Position numbers and translations under genes: made by a program
Shown: in pieces, positions 6,481 to 6,991 of the stretch
Layout: each line of letters opens with the position of its first letter
Numbering within the stretch: the stretch's first letter is position 1
Notes under the pieces: model-generated
The model's database searches: none
The model's input: only the letters and a program-made list of their open reading frames with translations
Told to the model about the DNA's origin: nothing
Assembly: GCA_965644295.1 (NCBI GenBank)
Contig: CBFFRP010000105.1
Span: 1 to 6,991 of the forward strand
Direction: 5' to 3'
From: Paraphysomonas bandaiensis
Taxonomy: Eukaryota; Protista; Chrysophyceae
Length of the DNA: 6,991 nucleotides

Positions 6481-6991
6481 TCTGGACATAGGGGGTAATC
6501 GTTATGAAGATCGTGAAGCTCTTTGGGGTAATCTAAATCAACTTCAAGAGTGTATCCTTCATCCCCATCATCTTTAAACTTAATATATTCCTCTGTGTAC
6601 TTGCTTAAACCTAAATGGAGGTTACACGCCGCCAGAGAGCGAAGCAGTATCTCAGTTCATGGTACCCGATTTATCTACTCAGCCTGATTTGGTAGAAAGT
6701 TTTGCTTTGAATCAACGAAACGCCCAGAAATATTATGCCGATATTTTTCCTAAATGCTGTTCGTATCTAGGATGTGTTCAGGCCCTACTGCATCGCTTGC
6801 ATGATATCTCAGCCAATGCCCTTGGAGCTTGAAGAGAGGGACTATTTCAGGAACACTACGACCCATCTCACCCTGATGCACAAGGCTGTGATGAGCCGTC
6901 TTATGCTCTTCGTCTTGCGTATTACTCCCTCCCCAGCTTTGCTCTGCGATATCATGCTTGGGCAATGAGCAATACGTAACTGAACGAAGTG
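6481..6991 (+). pseudogene. Disrupted fragment of a 2-oxoglutarate/Fe(II)-dependent oxygenase (isopenicillin N synthase-like, DIOX_N region); pseudogene or sequence errors, runs to the window edge
   Basis: The frame through 6617 reads GGYTPPESEAVSQFMVPDLSTQPDLVESF...YLGCVQALLHRLHDISANALGA*REGLFQEHYDPSHPDAQGCDEPSYALRLAYYSLP. This resembles the ordered family motifs GY...E, PDLxESF, ALGL..DYF and LRLxYYP. In-frame stops occur at 6575, 6581, 6830 and 6977. LEERDYF sits in the neighbouring frame, and a possible SGH(G) remnant lies at 6481. The catalytic HxD motif is not visible in the window. Boundaries are approximate. Confidence 0.5.

Noticed and set aside
6830-6832. In-frame TGA as selenocysteine or a reassigned codon
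   Set aside because: The position is not a conserved Cys in this family, other stops disrupt the same frame, no SECIS is visible, and the intact genes use TGG for Trp.
1-6991. Prokaryotic features such as CRISPR arrays, operons, IS elements or defence systems
   Set aside because: No repeat-spacer array or transposase was seen; spliceosomal introns and eukaryote-specific genes show the DNA is eukaryotic.

Overview
This is gene-dense eukaryotic DNA with very short GT-AG introns: nine were reconstructed, all 48-56 nt. It is not prokaryotic, so the ORF track fragments the real genes. Manual splicing gives: (1) a 6-exon CFAP418/C8orf37 (retinal maintenance protein family) homologue on + (258-1536, 336 aa), which suggests a flagellated or ciliated protist; (2) an unrecognised 151-aa protein with two predicted membrane helices on - (2322-2777); (3) a membrane-anchored DUF218/YdcF-like protein on + (3289-4131, one in-frame intron); (4) a 4-exon SARNP/Tho1/MOS11 homologue on - (5082-6131, 298 aa), whose SAP domain is missing from the ORF track; (5) an (ACAT)22 microsatellite; and (6) a disrupted fragment resembling a 2OG-Fe(II) oxygenase at the right edge. 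The most unusual non-coding signal lies in the divergent region between genes 2 and 3. It is a ~190-bp foldback element with near-perfect 48-bp inverted arms, enclosing a perfect 28-bp palindrome and preceded by a cluster of shorter perfect palindromes. I cannot support a wholly new biological system from the sequence alone; this element is the best candidate for follow-up.
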